In this document: in pieces, positions 1 to 10,283 of the stretch | Position numbering within the stretch: position 1 is the stretch's first letter | Layout: every line of letters starts with the position of its first letter | Source of the DNA: Prochlorococcus sp. AG-402-G19 | GTDB taxonomy: Bacteria; Cyanobacteriota; Cyanobacteriia; PCC-6307; Cyanobiaceae | DNA: 64,000 bases | NCBI GenBank assembly: GCA_003279455.1 | Contig: QCHU01000003.1 | Coordinates: 12,367 to 76,366, forward strand | Direction of reading: 5' to 3' | Notes under the pieces: model-generated | Told to the model about the DNA's origin: nothing | Databases searched by the model: none | Seen by the model: only the letters and a program-made list of their open reading frames with translations | Made by a program: the position numbers and the translations under genes

Positions 1-427
1 CTAAGTTATTAACTACTTTTTCTTGTCGTTTTCTCATCCCTAAATTTAATTCAATTAAAACAAGCTCAATTTTACTGATTAAAGCCGGTGAAATTTCAGC
101 AATAGCTACTATTAAGTCCCTTGATAAAGTTCCTTCTCCTGGTCCAATTTCAACAAGAGAAAATTTTTCAGATTTGGTTCCTGATCTTTCTAAATCTTGA
201 AACCAATCAACAATTTGAATAGCTAATAAACGTGCAAAATCATTCCCCAAAGATGGTGAGGTGCAAAAATCTCCATCCCTTCCAATATTTAATCTTCCAG
301 TTGAATAAAATCCATTTTCAGGATCATTTAAAACCAAATCCATATACCTATGGAAGCTTATTGAGCCACCACAATCAATAATGCGTTCGATCAACCATTT
401 TGGACATCTCGCAGTCGGGTCAATCAT
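1..427 (-). CDS. SAM-dependent methyltransferase, MidA/NDUFAF7 (DUF185) family; runs off the window edge
   Basis: Manual translation from ATG at 427: MIDPTARCPKWLIERIIDCGGSISFHRYMDLVLNDPENGFYSTGRLNIGRDGDFCTSPS..., with GDFxTSP and VEIGPGEG motifs; not in the ORF track. Confidence 0.85.
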   Translation of the reverse strand, partial: MIDPTARCPKWLIERIIDCGGSISFHRYMDLVLNDPENGFYSTGRLNIGRDGDFCTSPSLGNDFARLLAIQIVDWFQDLERSGTKSEKFSLVEIGPGEGTLSRDLIVAIAEISPALISKIELVLIELNLGMRKRQEKVVNNL

Positions 428-459
428 GATGGAGAATACGTTCAGAAAGAATCAAGCAC

Positions 460-1266
460 ATGCTAAAAAAATCATTTAAGAAAGTCATAATTTTCTGTCT
501 GGGACTAGTAATAATATTTTCAATGGGAGGTCGAACATTTGCTTACGATAATCCTGAACTCTTACCAAAAGAACAAACACCAATAATCGATCTTGCAAAA
601 GCTCTAAGTCAGAAACAAAGGTTAGATTTAGAAACCTCACTTAATACTTATGAACAAGAAACGGGATGGAAAATCAGGGTTTTGTCGCAATATGAACAAA
701 CCCCTGGCTTAGCTGTCAAAGACTATTGGGATCTTGATGAGACAAGCTTACTTATAATTGCCGACCCCAGAGGAGGGAATTTGCTTAGTTTTAATGTTGG
801 AGATGCCTATTTTGCCCTAATGCCCAGAATCTTTTGGGTGGAATTACAAACAAGATTTGGAAACCAATTTTATGTAAGAGATAACGGTGAAGATGGTGCG
901 ATATTAGCTTCAATCAAAGCAGTAGAAACTTGTTTAGATCGTGGAGGTTGCGAAGTAGTACCTGGCTTACCTCAGGAACAATGGCAATGGACATTATTAA
1001 CCTCTTTGTTAGGGGGGATTATTGCAGGTTTCGCGGCTTCTCCAAGAGAAAGTAATGAATCATTTTCAATAGGATGGCTATTGCTCCTCTCTCCTCTTTG
1101 GATAATACTATTTGGAATTTTTGGCATTGCTCCAGTAGTGACAAGAACTAATGATGTTTTGCCTTTAATGAGAAATATTTTGGGATTTATAGGTTCTGCT
1201 GTTGGTGCTTATTTGATCGCAGAAAAAAAATTTAAGGATCCTGATTTAAATCAAAAAATTAAATGA
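460..1266 (+). CDS. TPM-domain membrane protein (cyanobacterial)
   Basis: Signal peptide, IIDLAKALS...ETGWKIRVL TPM-like segment, C-terminal TM helices. Confidence 0.75.
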   Translation: MLKKSFKKVIIFCLGLVIIFSMGGRTFAYDNPELLPKEQTPIIDLAKALSQKQRLDLETSLNTYEQETGWKIRVLSQYEQTPGLAVKDYWDLDETSLLIIADPRGGNLLSFNVGDAYFALMPRIFWVELQTRFGNQFYVRDNGEDGAILASIKAVETCLDRGGCEVVPGLPQEQWQWTLLTSLLGGIIAGFAASPRESNESFSIGWLLLLSPLWIILFGIFGIAPVVTRTNDVLPLMRNILGFIGSAVGAYLIAEKKFKDPDLNQKIK

Positions 1267-1294
1267 AAATCGTTTAGAGAAAACTTAAATTAAA

Positions 1295-2152
1295 TCAATC
1301 CTTATTATTTTGATTCAACAAAATCTCTTTATAAGCTAATGATGCATCATTCCTGAACCATCTATGTGATGCGTGCATGAGCTTGCCATTCGAAAACTCA
1401 ACCCAAGAGAAATGACATAAATTCTCACCTGCAGAATCAATACCTCTTCTGGGAACACAAGCTGCATTTAAATATGACGTTCCCCATAGATCTTGAGTAA
1501 AAGTTTTTCTTGTACGATTTCCTCCAATTCTTAATTGATGATGAGTGTGACCGAAGACGACTAATTCTGGGACCCTAAATTTACGAATTTGATCTATTGC
1601 GATACCAAGATCTTTATCTCCCCAATCCATTGATGGCAATTTCCAATCTCTGCCACAAAGGCTTGATGACTCTGACCCAAGACCGACTGGTCCTGAATGA
1701 GCAAGTATTAATAAAGGGAAATCTAATGGTGCAGACTTGGCAGCAGAAACGATCCTAAAGACAGATTCATCAAGGCTTACCGCCCCGAATACAGACTTAA
1801 CTTCTTGTGTTAAGAAAAATCCACCACCACCACTGCAAGGTCTGGCTCCAACGACTGACAGCTCATTTAATTTCCATTTGGACAAATTCCAGGCACAATT
1901 CTTATCACCCAACAAATCCAGTTGAGCTTTTAGAATTTCACCAGATCCGTCTTTACCTCTATCGTGATTTCCAAGTATTACTGATGTTGGAATAGAAATT
2001 TTACTTATTGCCCGAACAATTCTTAAATCACCATCTGACAAGTCGCCAACAAATAAAACCCCATCTGGATTTAGTGCCAAAAGCAAATCCAGATCATCCT
2101 GACTCCATGACCCATGCAAATCCCCAGCAATAGCAATTCGGATATCTGACAG
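1295..2152 (-). CDS. TIGR04168-family metallophosphoesterase (DevT-like)
   Basis: GDLHG, VGD, LGNHD, LAH and VFGHTH calcineurin-like motifs; the in-frame IRIAIAGDLH lies upstream of the called TTG (2119), so the start is extended to CTG at 2152 (inferred). Confidence 0.8.
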   Translation of the reverse strand: MSDIRIAIAGDLHGSWSQDDLDLLLALNPDGVLFVGDLSDGDLRIVRAISKISIPTSVILGNHDRGKDGSGEILKAQLDLLGDKNCAWNLSKWKLNELSVVGARPCSGGGGFFLTQEVKSVFGAVSLDESVFRIVSAAKSAPLDFPLLILAHSGPVGLGSESSSLCGRDWKLPSMDWGDKDLGIAIDQIRKFRVPELVVFGHTHHQLRIGGNRTRKTFTQDLWGTSYLNAACVPRRGIDSAGENLCHFSWVEFSNGKLMHASHRWFRNDASLAYKEILLNQNNKD

Positions 2153-2283
2153 ATTATTTAGGAAATTAACCTCTATACTGCCCCAACGAGTTCATTTGGA
2201 AACTAATTACCACTGTTTCCTATTACAAGACTGATATATCAGTCTCAAATAAAAGCAATAATCTCATTGATGGGATCAATTTT

Positions 2284-3177
2284 TTGCGAGAAAAAAGAAA
2301 TGCAATAATTCTTGCTCATTACTATCAAGAACCTGCAATACAAGACATAGCTGATTTTATTGGAGATTCACTTGAGTTATCCAGAAAAGCCTCGGAGACA
2401 AATGCTGACGTAATTGTTTTTTGTGGCGTTCATTTCATGGCTGAAACAGCAAAGATCCTATGTCCAGATAAAACTGTTCTTCTTCCTGACTTTGATGCTG
2501 GATGTACTCTTGCAGATGACTGCCAACCAGAAGACTTCCAAAAATTCTTAGATAAACATCCAAATCATTTTGCAATCAGTTACATAAATTGCAGCGCAGC
2601 AGTAAAAGCAAAAAGCGATTTAATTTGTACAAGTAGTAATGCTGTTGATCTTGTAAAACAATTACCCAAAGATTTACCAATTTTATTTTCGCCAGACAGG
2701 AACCTTGGTAGATGGGTTGAACGTCAGAGTGGCCGAAAATTAACCTTATGGCCTGGAAGATGTCTTGTTCATGAGACTTTTAACGAAGAATCTCTTTTAA
2801 AGTTAAAAATAAAGAACCCAACAGCCGAAGTACTTGCCCACCCAGAGTGTCAACAAAATCTATTAGATTTAGCTGATTTTATTGGCTCAACTAGCAAATT
2901 GCTGCATTACTCTCAAAAAAGCAAGAACGATAAATTCATAGTGCTTACTGAACCGGGAATAATCCATCAAATGAGGTTAAAAGACCCTCTAAAGAAATAT
3001 ATTGAAGTTCCTGGATTAGATGGATGTAGTTGCAATGAATGTCCATATATGAGAATGAATACCTTGGAGAAAGTTTATGAGTGTTTAAAAGAAATGAGCC
3101 CAGAACTAAAAATGGATGAACACATTAGAGCAATGGCATATAAACCAATGAAAAAAATGTTGGATATGAGTAATTGA
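2284..3177 (+). CDS. nadA: quinolinate synthase A
   Basis: [41 protein letters not shown] and CNECPYM motifs; true start may be upstream. Confidence 0.97.
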   Translation: MREKRNAIILAHYYQEPAIQDIADFIGDSLELSRKASETNADVIVFCGVHFMAETAKILCPDKTVLLPDFDAGCTLADDCQPEDFQKFLDKHPNHFAISYINCSAAVKAKSDLICTSSNAVDLVKQLPKDLPILFSPDRNLGRWVERQSGRKLTLWPGRCLVHETFNEESLLKLKIKNPTAEVLAHPECQQNLLDLADFIGSTSKLLHYSQKSKNDKFIVLTEPGIIHQMRLKDPLKKYIEVPGLDGCSCNECPYMRMNTLEKVYECLKEMSPELKMDEHIRAMAYKPMKKMLDMSN

Positions 3178-3740
3178 TAAATCTTATGGATTTATCCCTT
3201 TTTATTGTTGTATTAGGGGGAAGAAGTTTAAAAAGTAATATAGAAATACACGATGTAAGATGGGTTATAGGTGAAACAATAGAGGATACATTTCCTGAAC
3301 TGAGAAAACAATGGTTAGGGAAGAAAAGTGGACTTCATATTGATAGTTATAAGTGTATTAAATATGTTGATGGATATAAGATCATCGTAACTAAATCCAA
3401 TAAAGATATTTTAAATAGTCCAAAAACAGAAAATTTATCCCTTTGGTTTGTTAATTTAGGCGGCTACAATCCAAAAAAGATGTATGAGGAACACGAATTC
3501 AATCTAATTGTTGCAGAAAAAGCAACTGAGGCAAAAAAAAGAGCAAAAAAAAATTGGGAAACAAATTTAAAAGACAAACATAATGATGACCACACAAGTA
3601 TAAATTATTTGGAGCAAATTGACGATTTGCACTCTATTAAAATAAAAAATTGGGAAATAAATCTAATACTTGATCCTGAACAAAGAAATGAACAACTTAT
3701 TCCTGACTGGTATGGATACAGGAGAATTGATAAGTCTTAA
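3174..3740 (+). CDS. DUF1543 domain protein
   Basis: [25 protein letters not shown] and second repeat [14 protein letters not shown]; likely start ATG 3186. Confidence 0.8.
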   Translation: MINLMDLSLFIVVLGGRSLKSNIEIHDVRWVIGETIEDTFPELRKQWLGKKSGLHIDSYKCIKYVDGYKIIVTKSNKDILNSPKTENLSLWFVNLGGYNPKKMYEEHEFNLIVAEKATEAKKRAKKNWETNLKDKHNDDHTSINYLEQIDDLHSIKIKNWEINLILDPEQRNEQLIPDWYGYRRIDKS

Positions 3741-5054
3741 TTATTTTTTTAAAGCGTAGCCTAAATTAGTTTTTAAGGGGTCATAAGAATTTTGATTACT
3801 TTTAATCCTAAACTTTTTAAGTAATATATTTTCAGCCACTATATATTGACTATCTTTTAAAGTTCCTAGATCTGAATTTGTTAATTTATTGTTATCATCT
3901 AATACAAGATCTGCTTTAATGTCAGGTTCTATTCCATTTTTATTAATATCTTTACCACTTGGTGTTAAATATTTAGCGACAGTAACTGTTAGGCCTGATC
4001 CATCTGAAAGAGACCTTACAGACTGAACTAGTCCTTTACCAAAAGTCTTTTTCCCAACCAATACTCCTCTTTTATTATCTTTAATTGCTCCAGAGAGAAT
4101 CTCACTAGCACTCGCAGATCCTTCATCGATTAAAACCACTACTGGTCTATTAGTTAGGGCTCTACCTTTTGCTTTCCTAATATCAGTAATACCATCTTTT
4201 GTTTTAGTACTAACAATAATTCCTGTATTTATCCACTGTCTAGCTATTTCAATACTTGCCTCAAGCAAGCCACCAGGATTACTTCTAAGGTCTAATACAT
4301 AACCAAAAGGTTGTTGTTTTTCTAATTTCTTAATCGATAAACTCATTTCTTTTGGAGATTTTGCATTGAATTGTTTTAACCTTAGATAACCAATTTTCGC
4401 ACCTATAACTGTATTATTTATTCGACTATCAACTACATCAATTTCAATTCTATCTCTTATTAACGAGATATTTAATAACTTATTATCTCTAATTATACCT
4501 AATACAACCTTCGTTCCTTTTTTACCTCGAATAAGTTTAACGGCACTATCTATGCTCAGGCCTTCAATACTCTTACCATCTATGGATACAATAATATCTT
4601 TAGGCTTAATTCCCGCAATAGATGCTGGAGTTCCTTCTATGGGAGATACTACAACAATTTGATTAGTAACTTCATCTAGAGAAATTTGAATGCCTACTCC
4701 CATCAATTCACCCGTCGTATCTATTCTCATTTCATTGAATTCTTTAGGATCTAAAAATCTTGTATAAGGATCATCTAATCCTGTCAACATGTCCTTTATA
4801 GCAGCGTATGCATCGTCATCATCAAAATATTTAGTTGATAGAATTTCCTTCCTTAATTTAATCCAATCCTCTGCGTTATATTTCCCCGAATAGTCCAAAA
4901 AGTCACGATATATAATTTGCCATACTTGATCAATTATCTCCTTTGGATTATTAGTAATCAAAGTAGAAGAATTAGCCTGGAAGGAAAAAGATGGCGAAGG
5001 GAAGAAAGCTATTAATAAAAATATTTTTAAAAATCTCTTCAACATAATTATCAA
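3741..5054 (-). CDS. ctpA: C-terminal processing protease, S41 family
   Basis: LDDPYTRF, PDZ GVGIQI, DLRSNPGG, SASASEI and TFGKGLVQ motifs; which Ctp paralog is uncertain. Confidence 0.9.
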   Translation of the reverse strand: MIIMLKRFLKIFLLIAFFPSPSFSFQANSSTLITNNPKEIIDQVWQIIYRDFLDYSGKYNAEDWIKLRKEILSTKYFDDDDAYAAIKDMLTGLDDPYTRFLDPKEFNEMRIDTTGELMGVGIQISLDEVTNQIVVVSPIEGTPASIAGIKPKDIIVSIDGKSIEGLSIDSAVKLIRGKKGTKVVLGIIRDNKLLNISLIRDRIEIDVVDSRINNTVIGAKIGYLRLKQFNAKSPKEMSLSIKKLEKQQPFGYVLDLRSNPGGLLEASIEIARQWINTGIIVSTKTKDGITDIRKAKGRALTNRPVVVLIDEGSASASEILSGAIKDNKRGVLVGKKTFGKGLVQSVRSLSDGSGLTVTVAKYLTPSGKDINKNGIEPDIKADLVLDDNNKLTNSDLGTLKDSQYIVAENILLKKFRIKSNQNSYDPLKTNLGYALKK

Positions 5055-5098
5055 ATAATATTTCTAATCATAAAACAATTAAAATATATATTCTTTTT

Positions 5099-6322
5099 TT
5101 AAGGGTCTACCCATTTACCGTCTTCTTTAATTAAATCAACCAAGGCCTGAACGCCTTCATCCTCAGGCACCCTTTTGATTTCATCTCTATTCCTATAAAG
5201 AGCAATCGTGCCAACACCTTTCCCTACATAACCATAGTCAGCATCCGCCATCTCCCCAGGTCCATTAACGATACAACCCATAACTGCTATATCTAGTCCA
5301 GTCAGATGAACTGTAGCTGCTCTAACTTTTGCCACAACTTCTTCTAAGTTAAATAATGTTCTACCGCAGCTAGGACAACTAATATATTCGACCATAGTTT
5401 TTCTCAAACCAACTGCTTGCAAAATTGAATATGCAACCGGTATTTCCTTCTCAGGTGCCTCAGTAAGTGAAACTCTTATTGTGTCCCCAATGCCCTCTGA
5501 CAATAATGTTCCAATTCCAGCAGTACTTTTTATTCTTCCATAATCTCCATCACCAGCCTCAGTTACACCTAAATGCAAAGGATAATTAAATCCCTCTTTA
5601 TCCATAGTGTCAGCCATCATTCTATAAGCGGCGAGCATCACAGGAGGTCGAGAAGCCTTCATTGAAACTACAATATTGTGAAAGTCTAATGAATCACAAA
5701 TACGAATAAATTCCATAGCTGATTCAACCATCCCAAAAGGTGTATCTCCGTAAGCAAATAACATTCTTTCTGCTAAAGATCCATGATTAACTCCTATTCT
5801 AAGTGCCTTATTTTGCTCTTTTAATGTATTAACAATAGGTTTAAATTTTTGGATAATCTTCTCTTTAATTGCTTTTATTTCATCATCAGTAAATTCAGTC
5901 CTATTAGGATCAGGTTTTTCAAAAACAAATAATCCGGGGTTGATACGAACTTTATCTACATGTTTTGCAACCTCTAAAGCTATTTTCATTCCATTGTGGT
6001 GAACATCCGCAACCAATGGAACTGGTTGATAAGTACTAGCTAAAAGTTTCTTTATTTCTCCCACAGCTTTTGCACTTGCAAGAGTGGGAACCGTTAATCT
6101 GACAATCTCACATCCAATTTCATGCAGTCTTCTTATCGCAGCGGTTGAGCCCTCAATATCCATAGTATCTTCATTAATCATTGACTGAACACGTACAGGA
6201 TTATCACCTCCGATGCCAATATCTCCAACCATTACAGGTCTGGTATCTCTACGAATAATTCTGGTGCTATAACGCTGTGAAAAATTATTTTCTCTCTTAT
6301 CTTTTTCCAGGGTCGCAATCAT
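5099..6322 (-). CDS. ispG: (E)-4-hydroxy-3-methylbut-2-enyl-diphosphate synthase
   Basis: [53 protein letters not shown]. Confidence 0.98.
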   Translation of the reverse strand: MIATLEKDKRENNFSQRYSTRIIRRDTRPVMVGDIGIGGDNPVRVQSMINEDTMDIEGSTAAIRRLHEIGCEIVRLTVPTLASAKAVGEIKKLLASTYQPVPLVADVHHNGMKIALEVAKHVDKVRINPGLFVFEKPDPNRTEFTDDEIKAIKEKIIQKFKPIVNTLKEQNKALRIGVNHGSLAERMLFAYGDTPFGMVESAMEFIRICDSLDFHNIVVSMKASRPPVMLAAYRMMADTMDKEGFNYPLHLGVTEAGDGDYGRIKSTAGIGTLLSEGIGDTIRVSLTEAPEKEIPVAYSILQAVGLRKTMVEYISCPSCGRTLFNLEEVVAKVRAATVHLTGLDIAVMGCIVNGPGEMADADYGYVGKGVGTIALYRNRDEIKRVPEDEGVQALVDLIKEDGKWVDP

Positions 6323-6371
6323 GAGTTAACAATTGAGCCTCTTTAATAATCAAGAATGACATATTTGAGGT

Positions 6372-6938
6372 CTATTTTAAAGTATCCATTTTTTCTTTGA
6401 TTTTTAAAATATCAGATTTGGTCAAACTCATTGGAGCCCCTTCCTCTTTTGATTGATTTCTAAGTAAATAAGCTGGATGAAAAATAGGCATGACGAGTCT
6501 TCCATTCCAATTAATCCATTTACCCCTGAGAATGCTTATGGTGGACTTATTTTTTAAAATTGCTTCCAATGCTGTTTTACCAACAAGAACTATAATTTCA
6601 GGATTCACAAGTTTGATTTGTTGATACAACCAGGGAAGATTTTCTTGAATTTCAATCTTTGTTGGGCGTCTATTTTTTGGAGGTCTACATTTGACCACGT
6701 TGCAAAAATAAACATCTAAGCTGATATCAATACCAGCATTTTGGAGCAATTGATCAAGTAATTTTCCAGATCTTCCAACAAATGGCTTTCCTAGTTCCTC
6801 TTCCTTTGCACCTGGAGCTTCTCCAATAATCATTAACTTAGCGAAAGGGTTACCCCTTGATATAACGATTTTGCTTATCAAATTGCTTAAATCAGAAATT
6901 TTAGAAACGTATTTATCAGCGTGGATGTTTTTGGTCAA
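6372..6938 (-). CDS. uracil-DNA glycosylase, family 4
   Basis: IGEAPGAKE, PFVGRSG, NVVKCRPP.NR, IFHPAYLLR. Confidence 0.92.
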   Translation of the reverse strand: MTKNIHADKYVSKISDLSNLISKIVISRGNPFAKLMIIGEAPGAKEEELGKPFVGRSGKLLDQLLQNAGIDISLDVYFCNVVKCRPPKNRRPTKIEIQENLPWLYQQIKLVNPEIIVLVGKTALEAILKNKSTISILRGKWINWNGRLVMPIFHPAYLLRNQSKEEGAPMSLTKSDILKIKEKMDTLK

Positions 6939-7348
6939 ATTAAAGCTTCCTTATCTGATCCTTTTAAAAGATAGGGCACCAAAATTAAAAATTGATTGCC
7001 TTCTGGGTCAAGCATCCATTGCTCAGACCCAAAGTTTGCCAATGTTGGAATTCCCATTGCACTACCTCCTATTTTTAATATCTCAGATGTCCAGCCCTCT
7101 AAGATTTTTGATGGATACGCACAAGGTTCACGTTGAAAACACAATGAGGTTGAGTTTCCTTTCCTTTGCCATTCGTGATTTTCATTAGGTTGATAAAAAT
7201 GTATTTTGGATCGATTACTTAATGAAATAAAATAATGAGTTGCATTAAAACCTTTATTCACCTTGTCAGAGTTGATCTTGGCATAAAATCCTGACAATTC
7301 TTTAGGGTTTTTAGAAGCAATTACAAAGTTTATGTTCATCAAAGTCAT
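6935..7348 (-). CDS. VOC/glyoxalase-family protein
   Basis: FVIASKNPKELSGFY N-terminus and WMLDPEGNQF C-terminal motif. Confidence 0.75.
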   Translation of the reverse strand: MTLMNINFVIASKNPKELSGFYAKINSDKVNKGFNATHYFISLSNRSKIHFYQPNENHEWQRKGNSTSLCFQREPCAYPSKILEGWTSEILKIGGSAMGIPTLANFGSEQWMLDPEGNQFLILVPYLLKGSDKEALI

Positions 7349-7378
7349 GCAAGTATCTAATTAAGTAGTAAGTTTGTA

Positions 7379-7415
7379 ATTAGATGAATTCACTTTATAA
7401 GTGAATTCATCTAAT
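7379..7415. repeat. perfect 17-bp inverted repeat in a divergent intergenic region
   Basis: ATTAGATGAATTCACTT-tat-AAGTGAATTCATCTAAT read directly from the sequence. Confidence 0.9.
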
Positions 7416-7443
7416 AAAAACATTTTGAAGTTATGCTTCGAAG

Positions 7444-8622
7444 ATGACTGACAAATCACAGATATCTATAAGAGCTCTCTCCATAAAACCTTCTCTAACC
7501 CTTGAGATCAGTGCAAAAGCTAAAGCTTTAAAAGCCGAGGGTAAAAATATTTGTAGTTTAAGCGCAGGAGAACCTGATTTCGATACCCCTAAATTTATTA
7601 TCGATGCAACACTAAAAGCATTAAAAGATGGGAAAACTCGTTACGGGCCTGCCGCTGGAGATCCTGAATTAAGAGAGGCCATTGCGCAAAAACAATCAGA
7701 TATAAATAAAGTCCCAACAAAAACAGATAATGTTTTAGTAACAAATGGAGGGAAACAAGCAATATACAATTTATTTCAAGTAGTACTAAATCTTGGAGAT
7801 GAAGTCCTGATACCAGCACCTTATTGGCTTAGTTATCCAGAAATAACACTTTTAGCTGGTGCTAAGCCAATTAAAATTAAATCCTCAACTAAAGATAATT
7901 TCAAAATAGATATCAATTCACTAGAAGAAAACGTAACTGAAAAGACAAGATTATTAATTATTAACTCTCCAAGTAATCCAACTGGATGTGTTTTAACTGA
8001 GCAAGAGATGAAAACTATTTCAGATTTTTTAAGAAGGCATCCAAGAATTTTATTAATGAGTGATGAAATTTATGAATTTCTTATTTCTCCAAATCAAGTT
8101 CATCACAGTTTCGCTAAAATAGCACCAGATTTGAAAAATAGAATTTTCACAGTCAACGGTTTTGCCAAGGCTTGGGCAATGACTGGCTGGAGGATTGGAT
8201 ACCTAACAGGAAATACAGAGGTAATAAAAAAAGCCATTGCTTTACAAAGTCAAAGTACAAGCAATGTATGTAGTTTTGCTCAAAAAGGAGCTATTGCCGC
8301 ACTTCAGGGCTCAAAAGATTGCGTTCATGAAATGGCAGAAATTTATAACAAAAGGAGATTATTGATAACAGAAAGACTAAAAAAAATAAAAAATATTTCT
8401 TTTGTCCCTCCTACTGGAGCTTTCTATGTGTTCCCAGAAATCAATCTAGAGGATATCGATTCAATAAGTTTCTGTAAATTGGCATTAGAAAAGGTTGGCC
8501 TTGCAATAGTTCCAGGGATTGCTTTCGGAGATGACAAATGCATAAGAATTTCCTATGCATCTTCAAATAAAATGATCAATGATGGAATTGACAGGCTAGA
8601 AACACTATTAAATGATTTTTAA
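7444..8622 (+). CDS. aspC: aspartate aminotransferase (PLP class I/II)
   Basis: GEPDFDTP, TNGGKQA, NSPSNPTG, SDEIY, NGFAKAWAMTGWRIGY. Confidence 0.92.
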   Translation: MTDKSQISIRALSIKPSLTLEISAKAKALKAEGKNICSLSAGEPDFDTPKFIIDATLKALKDGKTRYGPAAGDPELREAIAQKQSDINKVPTKTDNVLVTNGGKQAIYNLFQVVLNLGDEVLIPAPYWLSYPEITLLAGAKPIKIKSSTKDNFKIDINSLEENVTEKTRLLIINSPSNPTGCVLTEQEMKTISDFLRRHPRILLMSDEIYEFLISPNQVHHSFAKIAPDLKNRIFTVNGFAKAWAMTGWRIGYLTGNTEVIKKAIALQSQSTSNVCSFAQKGAIAALQGSKDCVHEMAEIYNKRRLLITERLKKIKNISFVPPTGAFYVFPEINLEDIDSISFCKLALEKVGLAIVPGIAFGDDKCIRISYASSNKMINDGIDRLETLLNDF

Positions 8623-8634
8623 TAAAGAAAAAAA

Positions 8635-9546
8635 ATGCATCAAGCCTCAAAAAAAATAAATTTCACGAAAATAACTATTGCTCTTTTATCAATAGTAAAT
8701 TTATCTAATATTGGTTCATTAAAAGCAGATGAAATACTTCGCATTGGGGCGATACCAGATCAAAACCCAGAGCACCTGAATCGTTTATATAAAGTATTAT
8801 CCTCTGAATTAAGCAAGCAACTCAATGTTCAAGTCCGTTATCTACCAGTTACTAATTATGCTGCAGCTGTAACAGCTTTTAGGACCGGGAATTTAGATTT
8901 AGTATGGTTCGGTGCTTTAACGGGTGTACAAGCACGACTTCAAAGCAAAAGATCAAAGGTAATAGCACAAAGAGATATTGATGAAAAATTCCATAGTATT
9001 TTTATTGCAAACAAGAAAAGTTCAATCCAAAAAATAAATAACATAAATGACTTAAAAACACTAAAAGGCAAGCGTTTTACTTTTGGCTCTGAAAGTTCAA
9101 CATCAGGAAGATTGATGCCTCAATATTTTTTAAACAAAGCAGGCGTTCAACTTAAAGATTTCAAAGGTGCAAGCCCAGGCTTTAGTGGTAGCCACGATGC
9201 AACATTAATGCTTGTGCAAAGTGGTTCATATGAGGCAGGTTCTCTTAGCGAAGAAGTATGGAAGAGAAATCTTGAGAGAGGACGCGTGGACCCCTCAAAA
9301 GTCTTTGTGATTTGGAAGACTCCTTCTTATCACAATTATCATTGGCTTGCTCAAGGAGACCTAGATAAAAAGTTTAAAAAAGGTTTTACGAAAGAGCTTA
9401 CAAATGTATTTTTACGTTTCAATGAAAAGTCAAAAAAACAAAAACAAATTCTCGAATTATTTAGCGCAAAGAAATTTATAATATCAAAAAACGAGAATTA
9501 TAATAAAATAGAAAAGGTAGGTAAAGAAATTGGAAAGATTAAGTGA
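8635..9546 (+). CDS. phnD: phosphate/phosphite/phosphonate ABC transporter substrate-binding protein
   Basis: GAIPDQNP, FTFGSESSTSGRLMP, FSGSHDAT; followed by ATPase and permease genes. Confidence 0.88.
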   Translation: MHQASKKINFTKITIALLSIVNLSNIGSLKADEILRIGAIPDQNPEHLNRLYKVLSSELSKQLNVQVRYLPVTNYAAAVTAFRTGNLDLVWFGALTGVQARLQSKRSKVIAQRDIDEKFHSIFIANKKSSIQKINNINDLKTLKGKRFTFGSESSTSGRLMPQYFLNKAGVQLKDFKGASPGFSGSHDATLMLVQSGSYEAGSLSEEVWKRNLERGRVDPSKVFVIWKTPSYHNYHWLAQGDLDKKFKKGFTKELTNVFLRFNEKSKKQKQILELFSAKKFIISKNENYNKIEKVGKEIGKIK

Positions 9547-10277
9547 CTAAGTTACTAGAATTAAAGAATATAAGCCATAGAAGTAAAACAAATATTAGAT
9601 TAAAAGATATTAATTTAACAATAAATCAAGGTGAGAAGATAGCTCTTATTGGCAAGAGTGGATCTGGCAAAAGTACATTAATATCGATCGCGAATGGATC
9701 ACTAATCCCAAAAGAAGGGGATGTAATATGGAAAGGTTCTCACATTAACAATATCTCAAATATTGAATCGTCAAAAATAGGAACTATATGGCAAAATTTA
9801 TCTTTAATAGAAGAACTAAATGTCGCTCAGAATATAAACTGTGGCGCACTAGGTAAACACAATTTCATATGGGCTTTAAAAAATCTTCTAGGAGTTTTAG
9901 ATCAAGGTTTATGCCAAGAATGCCTAGAAGCAGTCTCTCTGCCTAAAAAAACTATTTATTCCTATATAAATAAACTTTCTGGTGGGCAAAAAAAAAGAAT
10001 AGCAATTGCACGTCTTTTAAGACAAGAACCAGAGATTCTTCTTGGAGACGAACCTTTCTCTAATTTAGACCCTCTATTATCAAAAAATATCTTAAATTTA
10101 TTTATTAATCAAAAAAATTATCTTAGAATTAAAATCCCTGAGACCATACTTATAAGTCTTCACCAAATAAATTTAATAAATAATTTCAATAGAGTTATTG
10201 GGTTAAAAGATGGAAAGATTATAATAGATAGAGCAATTCATAATATTAATCAATCAGAGATTGATTCGCTATTCTAA
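9543..10277 (+). CDS. phnC: phosphonate-type ABC transporter ATP-binding protein
   Basis: GKSGSGKST, LSGGQKKR, DEP motifs; 4-nt overlap with phnD. Confidence 0.85.
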   Translation: MTKLLELKNISHRSKTNIRLKDINLTINQGEKIALIGKSGSGKSTLISIANGSLIPKEGDVIWKGSHINNISNIESSKIGTIWQNLSLIEELNVAQNINCGALGKHNFIWALKNLLGVLDQGLCQECLEAVSLPKKTIYSYINKLSGGQKKRIAIARLLRQEPEILLGDEPFSNLDPLLSKNILNLFINQKNYLRIKIPETILISLHQINLINNFNRVIGLKDGKIIIDRAIHNINQSEIDSLF

Positions 10278-10283
10278 TTCATA

